Below the pieces are notes generated by a model that did no database searches, had not been told where the DNA came from, and was given only the letters and a program-made list of their open reading frames with translations. Positions 1 through 9,846 of a stretch of DNA of 64,000 bases are shown in pieces; within the stretch, counting starts at the first letter, position 1; every line of letters begins with the position of its first letter. This stretch comes from an uncultured virus (IMG/VR IMGVR_UViG_3300047564_005685) (taxonomy: Duplodnaviria; Heunggongvirae; Uroviricota; Caudoviricetes), in IMG/VR virus record IMGVR_UViG_3300047564_005685; one strand, written 5' to 3'. Made by a program: the position numbers and the translations under genes.

Positions 1-1422
1 CGAGAAAATTTCGCGTACTTCTGCGAGCTGATGGGCAAGCCTCCAGCTCGTCACATGAAGGAATGGCACAAGCAATTGATTACGGGGCAGAGCAATAATT
101 ACTTGATGGATATTGCGGGGCCCAATACCTGCCTGCTCAGTCCGCGCGGCTCAGCGAAGTCGACGGTCTTGGGATTGCTGATTGCATGGCTTATCGGGAG
201 GCACGCGATAGCGCAGCGACTGCTGCGGATTATGTACGTTTCGTATAACGTCGACGTCGCCAGAAACAAGAGCGCAGCAATTAAGAATACAATTATGTCC
301 AAGGAATATCAAGAGATATTCCCAATGGTCCGACTTTCCAAGGCGAAAACATCGGACGAACTCTGGAGTATCGACTGGGAGCACGCCGGTATCGATGTTC
401 GGGGTGAGGATGCCTTCACGCTTGCCTGCGCCGGCCTAAAGGGTACGATCACATCCAAGCGAAGTAATCTGATCGTCGTTGATGACGCCATTAAGTCAGC
501 CACTGCCATTGCTAACCCGGACATCCGGAGGGAGATGGAAGCGAACTGGACGAACGTCATCGTGCCGACGATGTTCCAGGGTGCGCGTGCTATTGCGCTG
601 GGAACGCGCTTCCATTTCGACGACCTGTTTGCAACCACGTTCGTGGAGCGCAAGGGCTGGAAGGTCATTGTCCAGGCCGCGCTGCAGTACAACGAGGACG
701 GGAAGCCGCGCTCGTATTGGCAGGAGCAATGGTCGCTGAAGTATCTGTTAAAACTCCAGTCCGAAGATCGAGTCGCTTTCTCCTACCAGTACCTCAACCA
801 ACCGATCCGATCGACGGAGCTTGGGATCAGCCCTGAGCTGTTCGTCCGGGGCGAAGTGCCTGATGTCTATGACATGATGGGCGTCGGGATTGACCTCTCG
901 GCTGGAATCGGCGAGCGGAATGACTGGACCGTCTTCACGCTGGGCGGTCGCGTTGATGACAGGTGCTACATCATCGACTACCGGCGCATGAAGTCGATGG
1001 GCAACATCGAGAAGGTGGAAGCTCTCTGCGAGCTGCTGATGGAATGGAATCTGCTCGGCGTCAACGATGACGGCCAGTATTTCCCCACCAGCTCCCCAGT
1101 GACGATCTGGCCAGAAATCGTCGCTTACCAAAAGAGCTTCGAGGGCGACCTCAAGCGGATTCTCCTGCAGGAATGGGAGCTGTACAACCTGACAGTATCC
1201 CCCGTGAAGGGCTTCCGTGGCGATAAGCTGGCTCGATTGCGCGGGATGATGGGCCTGTTTCAGACAAAGCGGGTAATCTTCAACAAGTACCGCGACTTCG
1301 GGCAGATGATCGACGAGGTCGTCAATTTCGGTCATAGCCCACATGACGACTGCGCCGATAGCCTCAATTTGACCGTGCAGGGCCTGATGCGACGCGGATC
1401 CGCCCAAGTCGACTGGGATTAA
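1..1422 (+). CDS. terL: Terminase large subunit (5' end outside the window)
   Basis: Frame is open from base 1. Walker A-like SPRGSAKST, Walker B LIVVDD, coupling motif GTRFH, and RNase H-like nuclease motifs GIDLS..ND and HDDCAD. Confidence 0.92.
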   Translation, partial: RENFAYFCELMGKPPARHMKEWHKQLITGQSNNYLMDIAGPNTCLLSPRGSAKSTVLGLLIAWLIGRHAIAQRLLRIMYVSYNVDVARNKSAAIKNTIMSKEYQEIFPMVRLSKAKTSDELWSIDWEHAGIDVRGEDAFTLACAGLKGTITSKRSNLIVVDDAIKSATAIANPDIRREMEANWTNVIVPTMFQGARAIALGTRFHFDDLFATTFVERKGWKVIVQAALQYNEDGKPRSYWQEQWSLKYLLKLQSEDRVAFSYQYLNQPIRSTELGISPELFVRGEVPDVYDMMGVGIDLSAGIGERNDWTVFTLGGRVDDRCYIIDYRRMKSMGNIEKVEALCELLMEWNLLGVNDDGQYFPTSSPVTIWPEIVAYQKSFEGDLKRILLQEWELYNLTVSPVKGFRGDKLARLRGMMGLFQTKRVIFNKYRDFGQMIDEVVNFGHSPHDDCADSLNLTVQGLMRRGSAQVDWD

Positions 1423-1431
1423 CATAGAGCA

Positions 1432-3630
1432 ATGAGCCAGCCCAAGACCGAACGGTTTCGTCGCATCCTAGAGGCCGCCCGCAACCGGGACGGCAGCAGC
1501 GGGACCGACACGATGATCGTGAACTCGCATCTCGCGCAGATGCGGATGTTCATGATGCGGCAAGGCATCGAGTTCTACCCAGCGCAGGACACCTACGGAT
1601 TCCGCAAGATTTTTCTGAACTCGTTGATCCGCGACAACGAGATCGACGCTCGCCTCGAGGGAATCATTGATGACTTTCTGATCGACGGCAAGGGCCTCTG
1701 GTATTTCCGGCCGGTGGGCGAGACCTACCGGCTGATGTGGTTCAACAAGGATAACTACCGCGCGTACTACGACCCGGCAGGGCAGCTGGAAGAGGTTGAG
1801 CTGATTTACAGCTTCTCGGTGCGGGACAGCTTCGGACTCGGCGCCATGATGCCGGGCGAGGGCGGCTCATTGCGGTACGTGAAGCTCAAGGTCCGCCGCG
1901 ACACGATCCTTGAGTCGATCACCAGTGAAAAGCCTTCGTTTGAGGTGAACGCCGCAACGCTGACCTACGCGCCGCAGAGCACACGGACACTGGCAAACAG
2001 TCTGGGGTTCATTCCAGCGGTCGAAGCCTTCAACATGATGCGCTCGACCGGAATGGATGCCACGGGCGAGTTCGACTGGTTGAGCGATCACATCATTGTT
2101 CATGACGACCTCGTCAAGACAATCCGCTCAAACATTACGTTTTTCGGCAACCCGACGTTCTACTCGAGTCGTCCCAAGAGCGACATTATTGAAAGCGGCG
2201 ATGCCGATGAGTTCCGGCCGACAATCAGCTCGCAGGCTGGCTTCTATGCCGCGAATCGCCCGTCCACGCGCGTCAGTGCACCGATGGGCGGCGGTGGTGG
2301 TGCAGCCGGACGCGTGCCCCGGGTGATTGCCAACCTGGAGCCGACGGACCGGTTGGGATACGTCACTCCCGATGCGGTTTCCGGAGACCAGAATCTTTAC
2401 GCGCGTCAATACCGCGAAGAGCTGCGCAATGCCCTGGGCGGGGTGGACGAGCTGGGCATCAGCACCGGCGCCACAGCGTACGAGATCAAGTCACTCTATG
2501 GGCGTGCAGCGACGACCGCAGCGCGCAAGTGCCGTGGCCTGCTGACCTATGGGCTCTGCAAACTGCTGGGGCTGATCATCTTTCACGAAGAGCGCATCTT
2601 CCGCGACTCGTTTGCTGCTGCCGTTGGACTACAGCCGCCGCCGATTCCCATCAGGGAGCAACTGGATCCCGCGCAGTTCGAGGATGCCATCCGCAAGTAC
2701 CAAGATGACCGCGCCAAGTATGACAGCGAGGTCGAGGCCCGCATCGGCGAAGCGGTGCAGAACCGTCAGATGCCCCCGGGTGTCGTTGGCCTCATCCCCG
2801 ATGGCGACCGCAAAGTCGAGTGGCGCTGGATGGGACCGGTCTTTGAGGAGTCCACGGACGATATACTGAACTCAAGCATTGTCGTACGGAACCTGCAGGA
2901 GCTCGGTGTCAATAGCATCGAAGCACTGCGGTACCTCTTCCCGGATAAAACCGACGAAGAACGCAGCGGAATGCTTAATGGCTATCCATTCCGAATGGCG
3001 CAGGCCACCCAGCAAAGCATTGGGACGTTCCTGTCGCTCATTTCCAATCTGCAGCAGATCCCGCATCCACAGGCGCCGGATCTGCCGATGTTGGCAGACC
3101 CCAGGCTTGATCTGACGCCATACATCTATCGAGCCCTTGATTTCCTTAAGCGAGAACTGACCTATGCAGGACAGTACAACGATGACAGCGGTACCGACGA
3201 TCCCGGCATCCTCGGTCCCATCGAACGCGGTCGCGCCGAATATGGCTTCCCCGCAGGTCCAGCCGGTCCAACCTTCGTACCCGACGGCGGCACCGGCGTA
3301 TTCTCCGGAAGCGCCGGTTTCGGCCCCGCAGGCCAACCCATGGCAGGCGGCGTACCAGGGGCTCCTCGCCAGTTTGAACGCGACGCAGCCCTCCCCGGCC
3401 CCGGCGTACTCCTCGCCGATGATCCAACAGGTGGCCCCTTCCCCGGTGGCTTACCAGTCGGCGCCGGCCAGCTACCAGGCGGCTCCGTCCGTTTCGGCGC
3501 CGCTGATCTCAGCATTCCCACAAACGCCGGCTTACTCCCCGGTCTCAGCACCGGCGTACAGCCAGCCGCAAACCCAGAGCCAGAGCGTCGCCGACGAGTA
3601 TCTGGCAAGCGTCAGCAACGAAAGTCTTGA
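1432..3630 (+). CDS. Putative portal protein
   Basis: 732-aa ORF directly after terL. Called from synteny and size; the low-complexity C-terminal tail overlaps the next ORF. Confidence 0.65.
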   Translation: MSQPKTERFRRILEAARNRDGSSGTDTMIVNSHLAQMRMFMMRQGIEFYPAQDTYGFRKIFLNSLIRDNEIDARLEGIIDDFLIDGKGLWYFRPVGETYRLMWFNKDNYRAYYDPAGQLEEVELIYSFSVRDSFGLGAMMPGEGGSLRYVKLKVRRDTILESITSEKPSFEVNAATLTYAPQSTRTLANSLGFIPAVEAFNMMRSTGMDATGEFDWLSDHIIVHDDLVKTIRSNITFFGNPTFYSSRPKSDIIESGDADEFRPTISSQAGFYAANRPSTRVSAPMGGGGGAAGRVPRVIANLEPTDRLGYVTPDAVSGDQNLYARQYREELRNALGGVDELGISTGATAYEIKSLYGRAATTAARKCRGLLTYGLCKLLGLIIFHEERIFRDSFAAAVGLQPPPIPIREQLDPAQFEDAIRKYQDDRAKYDSEVEARIGEAVQNRQMPPGVVGLIPDGDRKVEWRWMGPVFEESTDDILNSSIVVRNLQELGVNSIEALRYLFPDKTDEERSGMLNGYPFRMAQATQQSIGTFLSLISNLQQIPHPQAPDLPMLADPRLDLTPYIYRALDFLKRELTYAGQYNDDSGTDDPGILGPIERGRAEYGFPAGPAGPTFVPDGGTGVFSGSAGFGPAGQPMAGGVPGAPRQFERDAALPGPGVLLADDPTGGPFPGGLPVGAGQLPGGSVRFGAADLSIPTNAGLLPGLSTGVQPAANPEPERRRRVSGKRQQRKS

Positions 3631-4144
3631 GGTCCTGCAGCACTTCGGCGCCGAGGCCCCTGCACTGCTGAACCGCTATGCCTGTGTGGTTGAGGATGCC
3701 CTGCTGACCCAGGCGCAGAACACCGCTCAGGCCCTGCAGGAACTGCAGGGTGTTCAGCAGCAACTGGTCAATGCCCATGACGTCATCCGCGCCGCTGCGG
3801 AAGACAACTCGGCCTACAACCTGCTGCTGACCGACCCCGACCTGCTGGCCAACTACGTTACCGACTTCTACGGTCCCCAGGGGCCGTATCCGGTCGAGAC
3901 CCCGCAGGATCGGCTGGCTGCTGAGGTGACCGCCAGCGAGCAGTTCTATGCCCCACAGGCGCCGAGCTACCAGCGACCTCAGCTCGAGATGCCCGACCCG
4001 AATGTCCAGGCCGGCGCCCCCGGTTCGGATTTCTGGTCGGTGTTCTCGCAGGTGAGCGAGCGCAATCCCGCCATGGCCTGGCAGATCCTGTCGCAGGCCA
4101 CCCCGGACGCCCTGCGCAGCAAGGTGCTGGTTTCCGAGGTCTGA
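3164..4144 (+). CDS. Putative scaffolding/head assembly protein
   Basis: P/A/S/Q-rich N-terminus, coiled-coil-like middle, located after the portal and followed by a terminator. Confidence 0.5.
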   Translation: MQDSTTMTAVPTIPASSVPSNAVAPNMASPQVQPVQPSYPTAAPAYSPEAPVSAPQANPWQAAYQGLLASLNATQPSPAPAYSSPMIQQVAPSPVAYQSAPASYQAAPSVSAPLISAFPQTPAYSPVSAPAYSQPQTQSQSVADEYLASVSNESLEVLQHFGAEAPALLNRYACVVEDALLTQAQNTAQALQELQGVQQQLVNAHDVIRAAAEDNSAYNLLLTDPDLLANYVTDFYGPQGPYPVETPQDRLAAEVTASEQFYAPQAPSYQRPQLEMPDPNVQAGAPGSDFWSVFSQVSERNPAMAWQILSQATPDALRSKVLVSEV

Positions 4145-4160
4145 TCCACTGACCATCACA

Positions 4161-4184
4161 GCCCCGCCCAGTGCGGGGCTTTTC
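4161..4184 (+). terminator. Intrinsic terminator
   Basis: GCCCCGC-ccagt-GCGGGGC followed by TTTT, just after the stop at 4144. Confidence 0.65.
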
Positions 4185-4186
4185 CC

Positions 4187-4507
4187 ATGATTGCTCCTCC
4201 CAATACCGCCGTCCCCGTACGGCGCAACCCTGCCGCCGAGCTGGTCTTCTCCGCGCCCCCGGGTGCGCCTGATCGAATGCAACCGCAGGTTGCCCTGCAG
4301 CAGCAGGCCATTCGTGGTGATGTACAAGCCGAGATCAGCAGCACCCAGAGGCAAGCGCTCCTGGATGGCTATGTGAGCGAACTACAGAAAGCCAGCGGAA
4401 CAGAGGCCAAGCAGGCGTTGGCCAACAAAGTCAACGAATTCATGTCCACTCAGCGGATTGCTACTCCAGCTGATGCGATCATGATGATGACCGGCATGCG
4501 CGGTTAG
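4187..4507 (+). CDS. Hypothetical protein
   Basis: 106-aa ORF in the co-oriented gene string. Confidence 0.55.
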   Translation: MIAPPNTAVPVRRNPAAELVFSAPPGAPDRMQPQVALQQQAIRGDVQAEISSTQRQALLDGYVSELQKASGTEAKQALANKVNEFMSTQRIATPADAIMMMTGMRG

Positions 4508-4536
4508 CTAACCTTTTAGGGACTGCGGGCATGTGA

Positions 4537-4851
4537 ATGCGGCTTGCTGGTAGCCCCGAGGTCTACGAGGTCCTCTCCAGGCGATTCGTCGATCGCGGCG
4601 TGCCTGGGGAGGCCTCTCGGCATCTTGCCGCTGAGGTCATGTCTGACGGCGATCAGGTCGACACCCGGTTGGACACATTCTTCCGGATGTACGAACTGCT
4701 GCAGTCCAAGGGATACAGCGAACCAGCAGCGCAGCATCTAGCGGTCGAAATGATGGAGGGTCGCGAACCGATGGCCCGGATGACGAAACGCTTTGCGGCA
4801 ATCAATGGACAGCAATTCCCTGACCCTGGCAGCGGCAGTCCAGTTAATTGA
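4537..4851 (+). CDS. Hypothetical protein (N-terminal RLAG motif)
   Basis: 104-aa ORF with an internal repeat (ASRHLAAEVM / AAQHLAVEMM). Confidence 0.6.
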   Translation: MRLAGSPEVYEVLSRRFVDRGVPGEASRHLAAEVMSDGDQVDTRLDTFFRMYELLQSKGYSEPAAQHLAVEMMEGREPMARMTKRFAAINGQQFPDPGSGSPVN

Positions 4852-5986
4852 GAGCTTTGAGGGCGTCGAGGAAGAGGCGTATCTCGATCCAATCGGCATC
4901 CCGACAATTTGCGCTGGAATCACCGTCTATCCAGGCGGTCAGCCAGTCCGCATGGGGGATGTCTGTGATAGCAGGATCTGCAAGGCGCACCTCATGGAGC
5001 TCCTGAGGGAGACTTATGTGCCGGCATTGGAATCGATCCCGGGCTGGAGCCGCCTTGGGTACCGCCGCCAGGCAGTGTTGCTGAGCTTCGCGTGGAATCT
5101 CGGGCCAAGGTTCTATGGCTCAGAGGGATTCGAGACGATCACCAGTGTCCTCAGGGAAGGTGCCACACGACCCGAAGCGTACGCGCAGATGCCTCAAGCG
5201 CTTAGCCTGTATGTCAACGCAGGTGGTGGCCCGCTTCCGGGGTTGATTGATCGCCGCAGGCGAGAAGGCGAAATCTGGGCCAAGGAGGACAATGGAATGA
5301 CTGTATTCACAGCCACGCAAGGCACGGTGCTAAAGAAAGCGCCGATTGATTCGCAGTACCTGTCTGAAGCCGGCAAGCGGGCCTACGGCAAAGGCAACTC
5401 GATTGTCGTCACGCAGGTCGACGAGATCCCCGCAGACAGTCATGCCTGGTTCACGCTGAAGGATTCCGGAGAACGCTGGGCCGCATTCCTGCCTCACTGG
5501 AAAGCAGAGTCCGCAAAACCTGCACCGGAAGCACCGCAAACAGCACAAGTCAAGCGCGTCGATTGGAGCAATTTTGCTTGTCCAGTGGGGAAGTACATCA
5601 CAGTGGGCGAGGTTCTGCAGTACGACTTGCGCAGAAAGCCGATCCCCGGCAGCGCCATCGAGCAGGCAATCCTTGCGCTCTGCAAGGAGTTCGACAGCAT
5701 ACGCGAGGCCTGGGATGGCCCGATCGGTGTCACCAGTGGCTATCGGCCGGAGCCAATCAATTCGCAAGTGGGCGGCGTGCCAAACAGCTACCACACGCGG
5801 GGCATGGCGCTGGACATCTATCCAGTCGGCGCCTCACTGCAGAAATTCTATGCCTGGCTGATCAAGCGCTGGAGCGGAGGATTTGGTGACGGGCGTAACA
5901 GGGGCTTCATTCATATCGACACCAGAAACGGCGGGAGATTCAGTAGCACACCTGACGCGAAGCCCGCTGCTGCCTGGCTGTACTGA
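4805..5986 (+). CDS. Endolysin: GH24 lysozyme plus C-terminal peptidase M15A-like domain
   Basis: E-x8-D-x5-T lysozyme triad (FEGVEEEAYLDPIGIPTIC). C-terminal TSGYR..N..VGG..NSYH..GMALD..FIHID, typical of M15A. Start taken at ATG 4805. Confidence 0.85.
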   Translation: MDSNSLTLAAAVQLIESFEGVEEEAYLDPIGIPTICAGITVYPGGQPVRMGDVCDSRICKAHLMELLRETYVPALESIPGWSRLGYRRQAVLLSFAWNLGPRFYGSEGFETITSVLREGATRPEAYAQMPQALSLYVNAGGGPLPGLIDRRRREGEIWAKEDNGMTVFTATQGTVLKKAPIDSQYLSEAGKRAYGKGNSIVVTQVDEIPADSHAWFTLKDSGERWAAFLPHWKAESAKPAPEAPQTAQVKRVDWSNFACPVGKYITVGEVLQYDLRRKPIPGSAIEQAILALCKEFDSIREAWDGPIGVTSGYRPEPINSQVGGVPNSYHTRGMALDIYPVGASLQKFYAWLIKRWSGGFGDGRNRGFIHIDTRNGGRFSSTPDAKPAAAWLY

Positions 5987-6029
5987 ATGCCCCTACTAGA
6001 ATCGAAGGCATCCGGAGGTTCTTGGCCGC

Positions 6030-8273
6030 ATGGCTGTTACCGATAAGCTGAAGCGTTGGGGAGATCGCAACAAGAGCTTCCTGGTTGGCCCGGTAACCCT
6101 GGTAGGGCCGATTACGGATGCGCGCAGGAAGGGCTTTGCAAGCGCGACCAGGATTGACGGAGCTGTTGACGTCTACGAGATTACCGACGGCATTGGCGCG
6201 ACAGAGGGTGCGTACACGATCACGATCCGGCCATATAGCGAGAGGGGCTTAACAGCAAAGCATCGCGCTGTAGGCAGGGTTGCCTTGGTGCGGCAGGTGA
6301 ACGGAGTCGGAAATCCAGGTGCGCCTTCGACGGTGGTCGGAATCCGGTCACCGCGCGACTCGAGGTCAACGGTGACCCTGGGCCCGGCTTTCATCCTGAA
6401 CCAGGACCGTGTGTTCGTGGTTATCGAACGGCAAGATACCTCGACACTCAGATATATCCTTGAGGTGGACAGGATTCCGACGCTTTGGGGCCTGGCCGGC
6501 AGCAATCCCTCACTCGACCTGCGCTTTGCGGAGAACAAGAGCCTGACCGATGCCGTATCAGGCCAGAACCTGATCAGCTTCACCCGCCAAACCAGTGGCA
6601 CCTATGTCGATAGCCAGGGAGTGATTCGCAATGCGGTGACAAATCTGCTGTTGAGGAGTGAGGAGTTTGGGACTACGTGGAGCGTTTCTGGTAACAACGC
6701 TAGTGTTATCGCTAATCAGGACATAGCTCCTAATGGCACTAATACCGCAGGCAAACTGGTAGAAGACACTTCAGCTTCAACGTTTCACCGAATCCAACAA
6801 AGTGCATCACTCGCTAACGGGCCAGTCTCTTATAGCGTTTACCTGAAAGCTGCAGGTCGCAACTTTGCTATCCTGACTGTCTTCAACGCAACAGATGGTA
6901 GCTATTCCAATGTCAAGTTCAATCTCCAAGCGGGCACGGTAGATACGGTAATTACCGGATCCGGTATTGGTAGTATTACATCCGTTGGTAATGGATGGTT
7001 CAGGTGCTCTGTCAGAGGTACGACGACAGTTAGTGCGTCAAACATTGCTTACATCTGGACTTCCAATGCTACAGGTGCCGGTTCAACTCACACCGGAGAC
7101 GGCACCTCTGGCATCTACATCTGGGGCGCCCAACTAGAGCAATCCAGCACCGTAGGCGAATACATCCCCACCACCAGCACGATCAACTCTGCCCCCCGCT
7201 TCGACCACAACCCGACCACGGGCGAAAGCCTGGGGTTGCTGGTGGAGGAGCAGAGGACGAATCTGCTGGTGCGGAGTGAGGAGTTTGATAATGCAAGCTG
7301 GGTTAAAACGCTTGCCACAGTTACGTCCGATGCGGGTATAGCGCCGAATGGCTCGACCGTTGCAGACAAGCTGGTTGGGAACTCAACTGTTGACGCTCAT
7401 TATATTCAACAGAACATCGCAGGAGCCACTAGTGGCACTCCTTACACTTCAAGCGTCTACGCCAAGGCGGCAGAGATTTCTAGAATTGAGATTCTTCACG
7501 TCATAGGAGCAACGCTTTACGCCCAGGGGTATGACTTGTCCAACGGAACGCTGATAACCAGGGTGGCCGGAGGCGCAACTGCCGCAACCGGGGGCTTCAT
7601 TCAACCTGTTGGAAACGGATGGTATCGCTGTGGAATTACTCAAACATCAGACGGAACGTCGGGCGCCATGCGCGTTACGTTGCGCAGCGGCAGCACAGTA
7701 GGCTTTGACGCCACTTCCCAAGGAGTGCTGCTCTGGGGCGCCCAGCTAGAAGCCGGAGCCTTCCCCACCAGCTACATCCCCACAACGGGCACAGCGGCCA
7801 CGCGATCAGCGGACGTGGCCAGCATTAGTGGTAGCAACTTCTCTAGTTGGTATCGGCAGGATGAGGGGACGGTGTTCTTGTCGGCCAGCGTCCCTCAGCC
7901 CTCAAATGGCAATAGGCGAGTTGCTTTTGCAACAGATGGCACATTCAACAACCGAGTTGGGATCCTGTTCAATTCATCAAACAACCCGCAATTTTTGCTT
8001 TCAGCCGCTGGAGTAACTACTGCAGCAATCTCGTCAAGTCTTACCGCTACTGGATTCGTTCAGTCTGCCGCCGGATATGCCGTAGACAATTTTGCGTTTG
8101 CTGCTGGCGGTGTTCTTGCTGGCACGGATACATCAGGAGCTGTACCGAGCACCGTGGATCAACTAAGTATCGGGTCTTCCGATGGTGCGGATCGCATTCA
8201 CGGCCACATCCGACGGATTGCTTTCTGGCCCTCTCGCCTCTCGGATTCCACCCTCCAAGCAATCACTCAGTAA
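6030..8273 (+). CDS. Virion spike/fibre protein with duplicated carbohydrate-binding-like domains
   Basis: Two copies of TNLL.RSEEF...VGNGW.RC...WGAQLE...YIPT. N-terminal ~145 aa is paralogous to ORF 8892. Confidence 0.7.
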   Translation: MAVTDKLKRWGDRNKSFLVGPVTLVGPITDARRKGFASATRIDGAVDVYEITDGIGATEGAYTITIRPYSERGLTAKHRAVGRVALVRQVNGVGNPGAPSTVVGIRSPRDSRSTVTLGPAFILNQDRVFVVIERQDTSTLRYILEVDRIPTLWGLAGSNPSLDLRFAENKSLTDAVSGQNLISFTRQTSGTYVDSQGVIRNAVTNLLLRSEEFGTTWSVSGNNASVIANQDIAPNGTNTAGKLVEDTSASTFHRIQQSASLANGPVSYSVYLKAAGRNFAILTVFNATDGSYSNVKFNLQAGTVDTVITGSGIGSITSVGNGWFRCSVRGTTTVSASNIAYIWTSNATGAGSTHTGDGTSGIYIWGAQLEQSSTVGEYIPTTSTINSAPRFDHNPTTGESLGLLVEEQRTNLLVRSEEFDNASWVKTLATVTSDAGIAPNGSTVADKLVGNSTVDAHYIQQNIAGATSGTPYTSSVYAKAAEISRIEILHVIGATLYAQGYDLSNGTLITRVAGGATAATGGFIQPVGNGWYRCGITQTSDGTSGAMRVTLRSGSTVGFDATSQGVLLWGAQLEAGAFPTSYIPTTGTAATRSADVASISGSNFSSWYRQDEGTVFLSASVPQPSNGNRRVAFATDGTFNNRVGILFNSSNNPQFLLSAAGVTTAAISSSLTATGFVQSAAGYAVDNFAFAAGGVLAGTDTSGAVPSTVDQLSIGSSDGADRIHGHIRRIAFWPSRLSDSTLQAITQ

Positions 8274-8297
8274 CCCCCTTAGACCCTCCCTCTAACC

Positions 8298-8633
8298 ATG
8301 TACTGCTACTGCTTCCCCGACCGAGCCACCTTCCTTGACCTCGCCGCTGCTGAGGGCCTGGTCAGCGACGACGAAACGCTGATCACCAGCAGCCACACGC
8401 ACTGCATCGACGAGATCGGCATCATCACCCAGGGCGGCCAGTGGGATCCCGAAACCGGCGAGGAGCTGGAGCCGCCGACTGTGCTGGAGGGGCATCACGT
8501 CAACACGCTCGGGCTGGCCCCTGAGGCGTGGGACGAATACCTCGTCGTGGTCAACACCCCCGCCCGCGTCTTCCTTGGTGGCGCCACCCAAGCACCGCCG
8601 ACCGACGTCCTTGAGGAGATCGCCGCAGCATGA
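8298..8633 (+). CDS. Hypothetical acidic protein, possible spike accessory
   Basis: 111-aa ORF immediately after the spike gene. Confidence 0.6.
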   Translation: MYCYCFPDRATFLDLAAAEGLVSDDETLITSSHTHCIDEIGIITQGGQWDPETGEELEPPTVLEGHHVNTLGLAPEAWDEYLVVVNTPARVFLGGATQAPPTDVLEEIAAA

Positions 8634-8812
8634 ACCCCTACCTGAGGGCCGCACAGGCCATTCCCGCCATCAAGACCCAGGCCATCGCCAAGCTGGAAGA
8701 ACGCCGGGTCGATACGGACGGCACCGTCTGGGTCCGCGCCCGCGACGAGGAGGGCCGCTTCATCGCCGACGACCCCGCCACCCCCGAGGACGAGGCGTGG
8801 ATAGAGGCCTAG
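8630..8812 (+). CDS. Small protein with RD..GRF..DDPATP motif
   Basis: ATGA overlap with the previous gene; the motif is shared with ORF 26035. Confidence 0.55.
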   Translation: MNPYLRAAQAIPAIKTQAIAKLEERRVDTDGTVWVRARDEEGRFIADDPATPEDEAWIEA

Positions 8813-8891
8813 TAGGCCTGAGGCGACTGCCAGGGAGGTGACTTCATCGCCGCGCGCTAGACTGGCCGCAGATTGATATTTAACCAGCACC

Positions 8892-9647
8892 ATGACTGTC
8901 ATTGACAGGGTCAATCGCTGGGGCGCCTCGGGGAAAAGAGTGCTAGTTGGCCCCGGAGAGCTCTCGGGCCCCGCTAGTGACGCGATCAAGGGACGCTTTG
9001 CAAGTATTACGCGGATTACCGGTGCTGTCGACTTTTACGAGATCACCGATGGATCTGGCGCCAATGAAGGCACGTACACGATTTCGGTAAAGCCATACAC
9101 AAAAGACGGCTTCCGCGCCAGTCTTGGAGGTGTGGGCCGAGTAGCGCTCGTTCGTCAAGCGGATGGCGTCAATACCCCTACCGCGACCGCGACGCTGTTG
9201 AGCCTAAAGCGTCCACGCGACAAGCAGACCGCTGTTACCTTGGGGCCGGCATCCATCGCGACCACCGACCGGCTGTTTCTGATTATCGAGAGACAGGACG
9301 TATCAACCATCAAGTATCAGGTTGAACTCACTCGAGTTCTGGATGCAATCACAATCAGCACGCAGCCATCCGCTAGCAGCGTGACTGCGCCAGCCTCGGC
9401 GAGTTTCACCGTAGGTGCAACGACAAATGACGGCGGCACTCTGTCGTATCAGTGGCAGCTCAGCACCAACGGTGGCACGAGCTACTCCAACATCACCAAT
9501 GGTGGTGTCTATAGCGGGGCGACAACCACGACGCTATCGATTTCCGATTCGACCGGACTCAATGGAAATCTTTATCGCGCCCGCGTGACCAGCACCGGCG
9601 GTTCTGTTGCCGTCAATTCCGATGGAGCGCTGCTGACCGTCGGCTGA
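8892..9647 (+). CDS. Virion protein with C-terminal Ig-like domain
   Basis: ITISTQP...ASFTV...LSYQWQ...TLSI...YRARV Ig-like pattern; N-terminus paralogous to ORF 6030. Confidence 0.75.
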   Translation: MTVIDRVNRWGASGKRVLVGPGELSGPASDAIKGRFASITRITGAVDFYEITDGSGANEGTYTISVKPYTKDGFRASLGGVGRVALVRQADGVNTPTATATLLSLKRPRDKQTAVTLGPASIATTDRLFLIIERQDVSTIKYQVELTRVLDAITISTQPSASSVTAPASASFTVGATTNDGGTLSYQWQLSTNGGTSYSNITNGGVYSGATTTTLSISDSTGLNGNLYRARVTSTGGSVAVNSDGALLTVG

Positions 9648-9714
9648 TCGGCAAGTATTGCGCGTCAGGCGGAATCAGCCAATACCTGTGTTGTATTGGC
9701 TGATGTCCCAATAC

Positions 9715-9846
9715 TTAGCGGCCCTGTCCGCGTGATGGCTTGCGACCGTGATTAGGCTTGGAGCCGCGCCCCTGTCCCTGCCTGGTCTTCTTGCAGATAG
9801 GATCCCGGTGGACGCATCTGGTCGAATTAGTCTTCGGCTTGGCCAT
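9715..9846 (-). CDS. Small basic protein, 43 aa (not in the ORF track)
   Basis: MAKPKTNSTRCVHRDPICKKTRQGQGRGSKPNHGRKPSRGQGR. The KKTRQG..RGQGR pattern resembles small cyanophage proteins; coupled to the upstream stop. Confidence 0.55.
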   Translation of the reverse strand: MAKPKTNSTRCVHRDPICKKTRQGQGRGSKPNHGRKPSRGQGR

